Positions 51,780-60,845 of a DNA stretch of 63,062 nucleotides are shown here, piece by piece. Position 1 is the stretch's first letter. Every line of letters begins with the position of its first letter. The notes beneath the pieces are model-generated. The model saw nothing but the letters and a program-made list of their open reading frames with translations, was not told where the DNA came from and did not search any database. The stretch comes from Frankiaceae bacterium (lineage in GTDB: Bacteria > Actinomycetota > Actinomycetes > JAFAQI01). The DNA lies in the NCBI GenBank assembly GCA_025929365.1, contig JAICMG010000004.1:1-63062 (forward strand), given 5' to 3'. The position numbers and the translations under genes were made by a program.

Positions 51780-53057
51780 ATGAGGCGTCGGAGCAGAGTC
51801 CGACGTTGGATGCTCACCGCAGTGGTCACCGGCGCTGTCGGAGCGGCACTGCTTGTCGACGGCCTCGTGAACATCGCTCCGGCTTCGGCCGCGCAGAGCT
51901 CGGTCGGGCTGGGGACCGCGACCTCGTTCGCGGTGCTGGCAGGTCAGACCGTCACCAACACCGGAGCGTCGGTGATCTCCGGTGATCTCGGGGTCAGCCC
52001 GGGGACGGCTGTCACCGGCTTCCCGCCCGGCATCGTCGTCAACGGAACCCAGCACGCCGCCGACGCCGTCGCGCTGCAGGCGCAGTCGGATCTCACGACG
52101 GCGTACAACGATGCCGCTGGTCGGACACCTGCTACGGCGGTGTCGACCGATCTCGGCGGGCAGACCCTCGCGCCGGGTGTCTACAAGGCCGCCGGGGCGC
52201 TGGGGTTGACTGGCACCGTCACGCTGGATGCCCACGGCGACTCCAGCGCCGTCTTCATCTTCCAGGTCGGCTCGATGCTTACCACCGCCTCGAACAGCAC
52301 GGTCAATGTGATCGGCTCGGCGCAGGCGTGCAATGTGTTCTGGCAGGTCGGCAGTTCGGCGACCCTCGGCACCAACACCAGCTTCGTGGGAAGCGTCCTG
52401 GCGCTGACCTCGGCGAGCGTGCAGACGGGTACGACGGTGTCGGGTCGGGTTCTTGCGCGAAACGGGCAGGTGAGCCTCGACACCAACACGATCACCCGCC
52501 CTGGCTGCGCTGCCGCTGTCACCCCGCCGTCGTCGTCAGCGTCGACGTCCCGCTCGCCGTCACCAACCGCGTCCCACTCGGCGACCGCGACGTCAACGGC
52601 GCGGCCCACGTCGTCCACGAGCCCGTCGACCACTGCTTCCGGCGGAGCCGGTGCCGGGCCGACGGTCCGTCCGTCCACGTCCGCGACGGCGCGCCCTAGC
52701 CCGAGTCGCACCACGACCGCGGGTCCGGCCCCGACCGGGAACGGCACGGTCCTCGCGGGCCCGGGCCCGACCAGGACCCACAAGGCATCCACGGCTCCGC
52801 CCCGAACGGCGAAGCCGGGTGCCCCAGGCGGGACATCACCGGGGACGGGCGTCCCCACCCCGACGGGCACGGGCGGATCCCGTACCCCCGGCGCGATCCC
52901 GCCCGGCTTCCCCCAGACCGGAGCCGGAGGCGCGGCGCCGAGGAACGACGGAAACAGCGGCCCCTTGATCGCGGCCGGCGCGATCGCGCTGCTCGGCTCG
53001 GGCGCTGCAGCGGGCCAGGCGATTCGTCGGCGCAGAGGATCCGCCGTCCCGGCATGA
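51780..53057 (+). CDS. DUF3494 (ice-binding-like) surface protein with a Ser/Thr/Pro-rich stalk and a sortase sorting signal
   Basis: Signal peptide; LGTATSFAVLAGQTVTNTGASVISGDLGVSPG and the beta-helix repeat pattern. The C-terminus has FPQTG, a hydrophobic segment and RRRRG. Confidence 0.7.
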   Translation: MRRRSRVRRWMLTAVVTGAVGAALLVDGLVNIAPASAAQSSVGLGTATSFAVLAGQTVTNTGASVISGDLGVSPGTAVTGFPPGIVVNGTQHAADAVALQAQSDLTTAYNDAAGRTPATAVSTDLGGQTLAPGVYKAAGALGLTGTVTLDAHGDSSAVFIFQVGSMLTTASNSTVNVIGSAQACNVFWQVGSSATLGTNTSFVGSVLALTSASVQTGTTVSGRVLARNGQVSLDTNTITRPGCAAAVTPPSSSASTSRSPSPTASHSATATSTARPTSSTSPSTTASGGAGAGPTVRPSTSATARPSPSRTTTAGPAPTGNGTVLAGPGPTRTHKASTAPPRTAKPGAPGGTSPGTGVPTPTGTGGSRTPGAIPPGFPQTGAGGAAPRNDGNSGPLIAAGAIALLGSGAAAGQAIRRRRGSAVPA

Positions 53058-53692
53058 CCGCCCGCCGATCGTGGCTGCTCGCAACGGCGCTGCTGATCCT
53101 CGCGACGAACTTGTTCGTCGCCGGGATTCGCGGCGTCCTCCGCCATTCGACCGGGCCACCGGTGCCGCCCCGCTCGGCGGGCAAGCTGCATCCGCCCTCC
53201 GGATCACCCAGGCTCAAGGTGTCGCGGTCGATCCCGGTGCGGCTGCGCATCCCCGCCATCAAGGTCGCCACGTCGCTGTCAAGGCTCGGCCTCAACGCTG
53301 ACGGCACCGTCCAGGTTCCCACTGACTTTCGGCAGCCAGGCTGGTTTCGGCTGGGCCCGACCCCCGGCCAACTCGGATCGGCCGTGATCCTCGGACACGT
53401 CGACTCCTACCGTGGCCCGGCGGTCTTCTTCCGGCTCGGCGACCTCCGCGCCGGTGACCGAGTCGTGGTCACTCTCGCCGACGGTGCCGTCACTCGGTTT
53501 GTGGTGGAGGCGGTCGCGATCTACCCGAAGGCACAATTTCCGGCTCGACGGGTATACGGATCACACCGCTTCAGTGCCCTGCAGCTAGTGACCTGCGGCG
53601 GCGCGTTCGATCATCACACCGGCCACTACTTGTCGAATGTCGTCGTCTACACAAGGTTGGCCGCGACCACCCCCGCATCGGCCGCAGTCTGA
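53054..53692 (+). CDS. Class F sortase
   Basis: ATGA overlap with the upstream gene. N-terminal TM segment, RIPAIKV, GWF..GPTPG, ILGHVD (His), LVTCGG (Cys). Confidence 0.75.
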   Translation: MTARRSWLLATALLILATNLFVAGIRGVLRHSTGPPVPPRSAGKLHPPSGSPRLKVSRSIPVRLRIPAIKVATSLSRLGLNADGTVQVPTDFRQPGWFRLGPTPGQLGSAVILGHVDSYRGPAVFFRLGDLRAGDRVVVTLADGAVTRFVVEAVAIYPKAQFPARRVYGSHRFSALQLVTCGGAFDHHTGHYLSNVVVYTRLAATTPASAAV

Positions 53693-53769
53693 TCGGGCCA
53701 ACAGTGCCCCGCGGCCGGTAACGGCGGGCCCGGCGGCGTACCGATGCGAACACTGGATATACCCAAGCC

Positions 53770-54150
53770 GTGGAACGAGCGAGCGACAAGGTCAACAGCC
53801 GAGTCGACGACGAGCTGAAACACGCGACCGATGGCCTCGTGCGCAGCGGTCATGACACACACGCCGAAGAATGGAAGTCGCCGGAGCCGTCCGGCGAGGA
53901 CCAGCCCGAGGCGAGCCTCGAAGCCGGTGCACGCACCGACGTCGACGCGCGCGCCGAGCTCGCCAGCTATCTCAATCCTTCGACCTATCCCGCGACCGGC
54001 TCGGCGCTGGTCGCCACGGAGAAGGCCAACCACGCGCCCGACGCCATCCTCGAGCGGTTGACGTCGCTGCCCGCCGGCGACCGCTTCGACAACCTGCAGC
54101 AGGTGTGGGAGCGCCTCGGCGGCGCCGCGATCGATCAGCAGCGGTTCTGA
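53770..54150 (+). CDS. DUF2795 domain protein
   Basis: ERASDKVNSRVDDELKH...HAEEWKSPEPSGEDQP, then ELASYLNPSTYPATGSALVATEKANHAPDAILERLTSLP. Confidence 0.7.
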   Translation: MERASDKVNSRVDDELKHATDGLVRSGHDTHAEEWKSPEPSGEDQPEASLEAGARTDVDARAELASYLNPSTYPATGSALVATEKANHAPDAILERLTSLPAGDRFDNLQQVWERLGGAAIDQQRF

Positions 54151-54207
54151 CCGCATCCGATCGTCACTGATCGTCGCGGGGCGTGCATCCGCGGCTGCGT
54201 CGGGCAT

Positions 54208-54429
54208 TTGCGAGCTGTAGGCGACATCGCGACGAGTGAACCCATGGCAGATCCTGTGCCATCAGGCAGTGACGTTTCCGCCGGTACCTATCGCTGCACC
54301 GAGTGCGGCTACGACGAGCAGGTGCAGTCGATCAAACACCTGCCGCCGTGTCGGAAGTGCGGCAACGGCCTGTACGAGACGATCACCGGCGGCGACTCGG
54401 TGCAGGATCCGTACCCCTCCCGTCGATAG
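54208..54429 (+). CDS. Small zinc-ribbon protein (the in-frame ATG 54244 is a likely start)
   Basis: YRCTECG-x17-CRKCG gives two CxxC pairs. Confidence 0.55.
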   Translation: MRAVGDIATSEPMADPVPSGSDVSAGTYRCTECGYDEQVQSIKHLPPCRKCGNGLYETITGGDSVQDPYPSRR

Positions 54430-54528
54430 GCCGCCCGCAATCTGTGGATCGTCATCTCGTATCCACAACCCCTTAGTTTGCAACGCTTTTCGTCGTACCT
54501 CACCGCGACCATGGTCGCGGAGGCCGCG

Positions 54529-55086
54529 ATGTCAGAATGTTCGGTTCCCGGTTGCATCCGCCGCGCAGAGGCACACGGGTGGTGCCACGCGCACCTCCAA
54601 CGCTTTCTGCGCAAAGGCGACGTCGAGGAGGATCGTCCCGTCGGACGACGCATCAACGGGGTCTGCGAGGCCAGTGGCTGCGACCGGTTGGCTGTGTCGA
54701 ACCAACTTTGCCGCAGCCATCGCAATCGACAGCGAAGGCACGGCGACCTTCGAGCCGAGGACCCAATCCGCAGCACGAACGGCGGTACCGGTTACATCAG
54801 CCACGGATACCGCATAGTTCCTGTGCCACGAGATGAAAGGCATCTATCCAACGGCGAGCACGCGATCGGTGAGCACCGGCTAGTGATGGCGAGGCATCTC
54901 GGCAGGTCGCTGTCGAACACCGAGTCTGTCCATCACAAGAATGGGCAGCGGCTCGACAACCGCCTATCGAACCTCGAGCTCTGGTCACGGTGGCAGCCAA
55001 AGGGACAGCGGATCGAAGACAAGATCGAGTGGGCAATCGAACTGCTCGAGACGTACGCCCCTGGCCTACTTCCTAAACTAGAGTAA
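54529..55086 (+). CDS. HNH endonuclease with N-terminal Cys/His-rich repeats
   Basis: ATG 54529 lies 5 nt after GGAGG. It has CSVPGC..HGWCHAH and CEASGC..LCRSH repeats, and an HNH core EHRLVMARHLGRSL...VHHKNGQRLDNRLSNLE. GC content is lower than in neighbouring genes. Confidence 0.7.
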   Translation: MSECSVPGCIRRAEAHGWCHAHLQRFLRKGDVEEDRPVGRRINGVCEASGCDRLAVSNQLCRSHRNRQRRHGDLRAEDPIRSTNGGTGYISHGYRIVPVPRDERHLSNGEHAIGEHRLVMARHLGRSLSNTESVHHKNGQRLDNRLSNLELWSRWQPKGQRIEDKIEWAIELLETYAPGLLPKLE

Positions 55087-55097
55087 ATCGATCTACG

Positions 55098-55170
55098 TAG
55101 TCCCGACGGGATTTGAACCCGCGCCGCCGCCTTGAGAGGGCGGTGTCCTAGGCCGCTAGACGACGGGACC
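55098..55170 (-). tRNA. tRNA-Glu (anticodon CUC)
   Basis: Folded by hand: GGTCCCG-TC-GTCT-AGCGGCCTA-GGAC-A-CCGCC-CTCTCAA-GGCGG-CGGC-GCGGG-TTCAAAT-CCCGT-CGGGACT-A. No CCA is encoded. Confidence 0.85.
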
Positions 55171-55190
55171 TCGACACAAAATCTGAGTCG

Positions 55191-55262
55191 CTGGGGTACC
55201 AGGACTCGAACCTAGACTAACTGGGCCAGAACCAGTCGGGCTGCCAATTACCCCATACCCCA
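55191..55262 (-). tRNA. tRNA-Gln (anticodon CUG)
   Basis: TGGGGTA...ACTGG-TTCTGGC-CCAGT...GGTTCGAGTCC...TACCCCA-G. The ends match the classic tRNA-Gln acceptor stem. Confidence 0.88.
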
Positions 55263-55333
55263 ATGGCACTTGTGGCCCGCTGGCAGCGGGCCGTCGATGA
55301 GTTTAGCCCAGGTCGAACGGCGTCGATTTCGGC

Positions 55334-56755
55334 TCAGTTCAGGGCCGACTCCAGCCGCACCAGCGTGCGGTCCCTGCCCAACAGCTCGATCGACTCGAAC
55401 AGCGGTGGCGACACCGTGCTTCCGGTCACCGCAACCCGGATCGGCCCGAACGCGTGCTTCGGCTTCAGGCCCAGACCGTCGACCAACGCCGCTCGCAACG
55501 CGGCCTCGATCGCCGCGGTGTCGAAGGAGGTGAGGTCGTGAAGCGCGCCGCGCGCCGCCTCCAACACCGGGCGCGCGTCATGGCCGAGCTGTTTGGCTGC
55601 GGCTTCCGGATCCATCGCGAACCGGTCGTCGAGCAGGAAGCCGACCATGCCGGCCGCTTCGAGCAGCGTCGACACCCGCTCCTGCACCAGCGGAGTCGCG
55701 CGCGTGACGACATCAGCCGCGGCACCGTCGATGCCCATGAACGCGACAAGCCGCGACGCAAGCTCCTCGACCGGCAGCTCGCGGATGTAGTGGCCCGACA
55801 GCCAGCGCAGCTTGTCGACGTCGAACACCGGCCCCACCGGGTTGACCCGCGACCAGTCGAACGACGCCACCATCTCCTCGAAGCTGAACACCTCCTGCCC
55901 GTCGGGCAGCGAATAGCCCATCAGCGCGAGAAAGTTCCGTAGCGCCTCCGGCAGGAAGCCCTGCTCCACGAACCACGTGAGCCGCGCCGCCGGGTTCTTC
56001 CGCTTGGAGATCTTCGACTTGTCGGTGTTGCGCAGCAGCGGCATGTGCGCGAACTGCGGCCGCTCCCAGCCCATCCAGTCATAAAGCAGGATGTGCTTCG
56101 GCGTTGACGCGATCCACTCCTCACCACGCACGACGTGCGTGATCCCCATCTCGTGGTCATCCACGACGTTCGCCAGGTGGTACGTCGGAAACCCATCGGT
56201 CTTCATCAGCACCTGGTCGTCCGGCCGCGGCGCATTGACCTCACCGCGAATCAGGTCGGCGAACGACAGGGGCGCATCGTCGGGAATGAGCATCCGCACC
56301 ACGGGCTGTTCCGAGAAGCCCGGCAGCGCCGCCCGCTCCTCGCGCGTCTTGCCCACACACAGCCGGTCGTAGCCGGTCGGCTGCTTCGCCTTCTGCTGTG
56401 CCTCCCGCATCTCCGTCAGCCGCGCCGGCGAACACCAGCAGTGATAGGCCCGGCCGCTCTCGAGCAGCGCCTCGACCACCGGGCGATAGGTCTCCAGTCG
56501 CTCCGACTGCCGGTACGGCGCGAACGGCCCGCCGATGTCCGGTCCCTCGTCCCAGTCCAGCCCGAGCCAGTGCAGCGTGTCGTAGATCTGCTGCTCGCTG
56601 CCCTCGTTGAGCCGCGCCCGGTCGGTGTCCTCGATCCGCAGCACGAACGCACCGCCCTCGCGCCGCACGAACGCGAGGTTGAACAGCGACATGTACGCCG
56701 TACCGACGTGCGGATCGCCCGTCGGCGACGGCGCGACGCGCAGCCGCACCGTCAT
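55334..56755 (-). CDS. gltX: Glutamate--tRNA ligase
   Basis: 473 aa with a HIGH-like block (PSPTGDPHVGTA) and a KMSKS-like block (KISKRK). It is followed by tRNA-Gln and tRNA-Glu, as is usual in actinobacteria. Confidence 0.95.
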   Translation of the reverse strand: MTVRLRVAPSPTGDPHVGTAYMSLFNLAFVRREGGAFVLRIEDTDRARLNEGSEQQIYDTLHWLGLDWDEGPDIGGPFAPYRQSERLETYRPVVEALLESGRAYHCWCSPARLTEMREAQQKAKQPTGYDRLCVGKTREERAALPGFSEQPVVRMLIPDDAPLSFADLIRGEVNAPRPDDQVLMKTDGFPTYHLANVVDDHEMGITHVVRGEEWIASTPKHILLYDWMGWERPQFAHMPLLRNTDKSKISKRKNPAARLTWFVEQGFLPEALRNFLALMGYSLPDGQEVFSFEEMVASFDWSRVNPVGPVFDVDKLRWLSGHYIRELPVEELASRLVAFMGIDGAAADVVTRATPLVQERVSTLLEAAGMVGFLLDDRFAMDPEAAAKQLGHDARPVLEAARGALHDLTSFDTAAIEAALRAALVDGLGLKPKHAFGPIRVAVTGSTVSPPLFESIELLGRDRTLVRLESALN

Positions 56756-57510
56756 CGGGCAACGACCGGATTCGACAGCACGCCGATCCCCTCGATCTCG
56801 ACCTCGACCTCATCGCCCACCTGCATCGGCCCGATGCCCTCCGGAGTGCCGGTGAGGATCACGTCGCCGGGAAGCAGCGTCATGCACGAGGTGATGTAGG
56901 CGATCAGCGACGGGACCTTGTGCACGATCTTGGAGGTCCGCGAGTCCTGCTTCAGCTCACCGTTCAGCCGCGTCGTGATCCGAAGGTCACTCGGGTCGAG
57001 CTCGGTCTCGATCCACGGGCCGAGCGGGCAGAAGGTGTCGTAGCCCTTCGCCCGCGACCACTGACCGTCCGCCTTCTGCTGGTCCCGTGCAGTGACGTCG
57101 TTGGCACAGGTGTAGCCGAGTACGACGTCCATCGCGCGCTCCTCGGGCACATCACGGCACAGCCGGCTGATCACCACGGCCAGCTCGCCTTCGTAGTCCA
57201 CGCGCTCCGAGGACGGTGGTGACGCGATGTCGTCGCCGGAAGCAACGACCGCCGTCGACGGCTTCAGGAAGATCAGCGGCCGCTCCGGCACGTCGCCGCC
57301 CATCTCCGCTGCATGCTCGGCGTAGTTCTTGCCGATCGCGACGACCTTGCTCGGTAGCACTGGAGCCAGCAGCTTCACCGCGGACAGCGGCGCTCGTCCC
57401 CCCGTGAACTCCACCGGCGCGAACGGGTGCGCGGTGATCTGCGCGATGGTGTCGCCCTCGACCACGCCGAACGACACGTCGCCGTCGTGGGAGAACCTGG
57501 CAATACGCAC
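56752..57510 (-). CDS. Fumarylacetoacetate hydrolase (FAH) family protein
   Basis: 252 aa; DYEGELAVVI and a GTPEG-type C-terminus. It neighbours gltX, as does Mtb Rv2993c. Confidence 0.85.
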   Translation of the reverse strand: MRIARFSHDGDVSFGVVEGDTIAQITAHPFAPVEFTGGRAPLSAVKLLAPVLPSKVVAIGKNYAEHAAEMGGDVPERPLIFLKPSTAVVASGDDIASPPSSERVDYEGELAVVISRLCRDVPEERAMDVVLGYTCANDVTARDQQKADGQWSRAKGYDTFCPLGPWIETELDPSDLRITTRLNGELKQDSRTSKIVHKVPSLIAYITSCMTLLPGDVILTGTPEGIGPMQVGDEVEVEIEGIGVLSNPVVAR

Positions 57511-58434
57511 TCAGCGAAGTTTATTGAGTGCCTTCAGGTCCTCGGCGGTCGGCACCCACTCTCCCGCGGCGGCATTCGCCGCCACCTGCTCCGGCTTCGT
57601 CGCGCCGGCGATCACGGATGCCACCGCCGGCTGAGCGGCCAACCCGCCGATCGCGACGTCGAGCAACGAACGGCCGCGCTCCTCGGCGTACGCCTCCAAC
57701 GCCTCGACCCTGTCGAAGCGCCGGTCCGTCAGCCACTCGGGCCGCATCGCGAGGCGGGTTCCTTCCGGGGCGTCCTCACCCCGCCGGTACTTGCCCGACA
57801 GCAGCCCGTTGGCCAGCGGGTAGAACGGCAGAATCCCGACACCAAGGTGCTCACACGCAGGCGCGAGCTCCCGCTCGACGTCACGTTCGACCAGGCTGTA
57901 GTGGTTCTGCGCGCTGATGAACCGTGACGCACCGCGGTAACGGGCGGTCCAGTCTGCATCCGCGAGCTGCCACGCCGCGAAGTTCGAGCAGCCGATGTAG
58001 CGCACCTTGCCTTCACCCACGAGCTCCTGGAGCGCAGCGAGCGTCTCCTCGATCGGGGTCGACGGATCGGGCGCATGAAGCTGGTAGAGATCGACCCAGT
58101 CGGTACGCAGCCGCCGCAACGACGACTCGATCGCCTTGCGGATGTAGCGGCGCGAGCCACGGGCGCCCCAGTCCGGTCCGAGCTGGCCCTGCATGTCCAT
58201 GCCGAACTTCGTCGCGAGCACGATGTCCGCGCGCGCCGAACCGAGCACCTCGCCGAGGAAGTCCTCGGACTCGCCGTAGATGTCCGCCGTGTCGAACAGC
58301 GTGATCCCGGCATCGAGCGCGGCATGGACAACGGCGCGCGTTTGGTCGAGACCGATGCGCCGGCCGAAGTTGTTGCACCCCAGCCCGACGACCGACACCG
58401 ACAATCCAGAGTTGCCCAGCCTGCGGTAGCGCAT
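57511..58434 (-). CDS. Aldo/keto reductase
   Basis: MRYRRLGNSGLSVSVVGLGCNNFG, DTADIYG, and IGCSNF. ATG 58434 is preferred over GTG 58443. Confidence 0.87.
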   Translation of the reverse strand: MRYRRLGNSGLSVSVVGLGCNNFGRRIGLDQTRAVVHAALDAGITLFDTADIYGESEDFLGEVLGSARADIVLATKFGMDMQGQLGPDWGARGSRRYIRKAIESSLRRLRTDWVDLYQLHAPDPSTPIEETLAALQELVGEGKVRYIGCSNFAAWQLADADWTARYRGASRFISAQNHYSLVERDVERELAPACEHLGVGILPFYPLANGLLSGKYRRGEDAPEGTRLAMRPEWLTDRRFDRVEALEAYAEERGRSLLDVAIGGLAAQPAVASVIAGATKPEQVAANAAAGEWVPTAEDLKALNKLR

Positions 58435-58503
58435 GTCACCCACATCCTCAGTAAACCGAACGCATCAGGACCGCGTCTCACCCACAGACATTGGAGGTGC
58501 CAC

Positions 58504-59121
58504 ATGGCAACCCACGGATTGCGCCGCTACCTGGCCGCGCCAACGGCAGTCGCCGCCACCCTGCTCGCCGCGGCGCCGGCGGTGGCGACCACCGCAACCG
58601 CATTCCCGGCCACGATTCACTCCACGCCGATGACGGGCAACGACTTCGCGGCGCTTGCCCGGGGCACCGCCGTCAAGGCCGCGGACGTCACGCAGAAGGT
58701 CTCCCTCGGCGGGGCCACGCGCGCGGGTCTCGGCGACCGCGGCTCACTCGCCGGAAGCGTCTACCCGGTGATCTCCACGGATGGCGGCACGCATTGGCGC
58801 ATCGACGGGCCGCTGTTCTACCGCGCAGCGGCGGATGCCCCCGACGTCACCACGCGCCTTGCCGCACTCGGCCACTCGACATTGATGGCTTGGGGCCGCG
58901 GCGGCAACTTCGTGAAGACCACGACGGACCGCGGCGCGCACTGGTACAAGGCGGACTTCCCTGCCGGCGTGTACTCAGCGGCGGTGCGCTCGGGCCATCT
59001 GGTCGTGCGCGCTACCGGCAACCCGGATCGGTCCGGCAATGTCCCCACCCGCCGCTACGCGTCGTACGACGGCGGACGGATCTGGCATCGCGGCGCGCGG
59101 GCGGCGTCCGTCCACTACTAA
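58504..59121 (+). CDS. Secreted protein with BNR/Asp-box repeats
   Basis: ATG 58504 follows GGAGG. It has a signal peptide and three Asp-box-like motifs: STDGGTHW, TTDRGAHW and SYDGGRIW. Confidence 0.6.
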   Translation: MATHGLRRYLAAPTAVAATLLAAAPAVATTATAFPATIHSTPMTGNDFAALARGTAVKAADVTQKVSLGGATRAGLGDRGSLAGSVYPVISTDGGTHWRIDGPLFYRAAADAPDVTTRLAALGHSTLMAWGRGGNFVKTTTDRGAHWYKADFPAGVYSAAVRSGHLVVRATGNPDRSGNVPTRRYASYDGGRIWHRGARAASVHY

Positions 59122-60707
59122 CGCGAGATCAGCAACCCGAAGGTGTAGGCGTCGTCCAGGGCCTGCCACGACGCCGCGATGACGTTCTCGTCGACGCCGA
59201 CGGTGTCCCACTCCCGCGCACCGTCCGAGGTGCGCACGAGGACCCGGGTGATCGCGCCCGTGCCGTGCGCGCCTTCGAGGATGCGCACCTTGTAGTCGAC
59301 CAGCTCGAGCTTGCCCAGCTGCGGGTAGAAGCGCTCGAGCGCCTTGCGCAGCGCCATGTCGAGCGCGTTGACCGGACCGTTCCCTTCGCCGGTCTCGACG
59401 ATCCGCTCCTCGCCGACGAACAGCTTCACGCTTGCCTCTGATGTGCCGCCGGCGTCCTCACGGCTGTCGGTGATCACCCGGTAGGACTCGAGGACGAAAG
59501 GCCGGGAGCGCTTCCCCTCGACCTCCTCGCGCAGCATCAGCTCGAACGACGCCTCCGCCGCCTCGAACGAGTACCCCTCCGCCTCCATCTTCTTCACCCG
59601 GTCGATCACCCGGCCGACGACCTCGCGGTCGACCTCGATGTCGAGCTCTCGGGCCTTGAGCTCGACGCTCGCCCGCCCGGCGAGCTCTGACACCAGCACC
59701 CGCATGTCGTTTCCGACGAGCGCGGGATCGGTGTGCTGATAGAGGTCCGGGTCGACCTTGAGGGCCGAGGCGTGCAGTCCTGCCTTGTGGGCAAATGCAC
59801 TCGCGCCGACCCACGGTTGGTGGTCATCCGGCGCGATGTTGGCCAGCTCCGCGATTGCGTGGCTGACCCGGACCAGCTCTGAGATTGCCCCATCGGGCAG
59901 GACCGGGAGGTCGAGCTTGAGCTCGAGCCCGGCGACGATCGAGAAGAGGTCGGCGTTTCCGGCGCGCTCGCCGTACCCGTTGGCAGTGCCCTGCACGTGC
60001 GTCGCGCCGGCCTGTACGGCGGCCAGCGAGTTCGCGACCGCGCACGCGGTGTCGTCGTGGGCGTGGATCCCGACGCGGGTCTCGGGATGACCCATCCACG
60101 CCACGACCTCGCTCACGACATCGGCCAGCCGCGTCGGCAACATGCCGCCGTTGGTGTCGCACAGGGCAACGACCTCCGCCCCGGCCTCGGCCGCCGCCGC
60201 CACAACCGCGAGCGCGTAGTCGCGATCGAGGTGGTAGCCGTCGAAGAAATGCTCCGCGTCGAGGAACACCCGCCGGCCTTCACCTCGAAGGAACGTCACG
60301 GTGTCCCGCACCATCGCGAGGTTCTCCTCGAGCGTCGTCCGCAGCGCCCGCTCGACGTGACCCGTGTGCGACTTAGCGACCAGCGTGACCACCGGCGTCT
60401 GCGCGTCGACGAGGGCACGGACCTGCGGGTCGTCCGCAGCGACGGCGCCCGCTTTGCGAGTCGCTCCGAACGCCGCGAGGGTCGCGTTGTTGAGGGTCAG
60501 CTCACCCGCTGCCGCCCGACGAAAGAATGCTTCGTCCTTGGGGTTGGCGCCCGGCCAGCCACCCTCGATGAATCCGACGCCCAGCGAGTCGAGGTGCGCG
60601 GCGACCGCGAGCTTGTCGTCGACGGACAGCGACAGGCCTTCCATCTGCGAGCCGTCACGCAACGTCGTGTCGTAGACGTGCAGGTCGGTGAGTGCCACCG
60701 GCGTCAT
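59118..60707 (-). CDS. cimA: Citramalate synthase / LeuA-family (CimA-type)
   Basis: HVYDTTLRDGSQ, GIHAHDDT, and a C-terminal LeuA-dimer-like domain. The ORF-track TTG start at 60752 lies inside a terminator U-tract and is rejected. ATG 60707 or GTG 60698 is more likely. Confidence 0.8.
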   Translation of the reverse strand: MTPVALTDLHVYDTTLRDGSQMEGLSLSVDDKLAVAAHLDSLGVGFIEGGWPGANPKDEAFFRRAAAGELTLNNATLAAFGATRKAGAVAADDPQVRALVDAQTPVVTLVAKSHTGHVERALRTTLEENLAMVRDTVTFLRGEGRRVFLDAEHFFDGYHLDRDYALAVVAAAAEAGAEVVALCDTNGGMLPTRLADVVSEVVAWMGHPETRVGIHAHDDTACAVANSLAAVQAGATHVQGTANGYGERAGNADLFSIVAGLELKLDLPVLPDGAISELVRVSHAIAELANIAPDDHQPWVGASAFAHKAGLHASALKVDPDLYQHTDPALVGNDMRVLVSELAGRASVELKARELDIEVDREVVGRVIDRVKKMEAEGYSFEAAEASFELMLREEVEGKRSRPFVLESYRVITDSREDAGGTSEASVKLFVGEERIVETGEGNGPVNALDMALRKALERFYPQLGKLELVDYKVRILEGAHGTGAITRVLVRTSDGAREWDTVGVDENVIAASWQALDDAYTFGLLISR

Positions 60708-60744
60708 CCTTCGGTTCGGTTTCGGGTCCAACACTGAGTTTTTT

Positions 60745-60783
60745 CCAAACAAAAACCCCCGGCCCTACAAAGGGCAGCGGGGG
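60745..60783 (-). terminator. Intrinsic-terminator-like hairpin with a U-tract, 38 nt upstream of the cimA start
   Basis: The minus strand reads CCCCCGCTGCCCT-TTGT-AGGGCCGGGGG-TTTTTGTTTGG. Confidence 0.6.
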
Positions 60784-60803
60784 TTGCGCGTCGGCTGATG
60801 TCG

Positions 60804-60845
60804 CTAGCCGACGCGCTCACAAATAATCGTGGCGAAGTGCGTCAC
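60804..60845 (-). other. Candidate 13-codon leader uORF (MTHFATIICERVG) with tandem ATT Ile codons
   Basis: GTG ACG CAC TTC GCC ACG ATT ATT TGT GAG CGC GTC GGC TAG. The 3' end of the uORF forms the left arm of an 11-bp hairpin (60786-60796 / 60806-60816). Confidence 0.3.

Noticed and set aside
53693-55170. A classical genomic island integrated at tRNA-Glu.
   Set aside because: There is no integrase or recombinase gene. No direct repeat of the tRNA 3' end is visible anywhere in 51.6-55.1 kb. At most it is a decayed remnant.
60708-60752. The ORF-track start (TTG 60752) for cimA, which would add MFGKNSVLDPKPNRR.
   Set aside because: The TTG lies within the terminator U-tract (TTTTTGTTTGG). The extension is not like LeuA/CimA N-termini, which begin shortly before YDTTLRDG.
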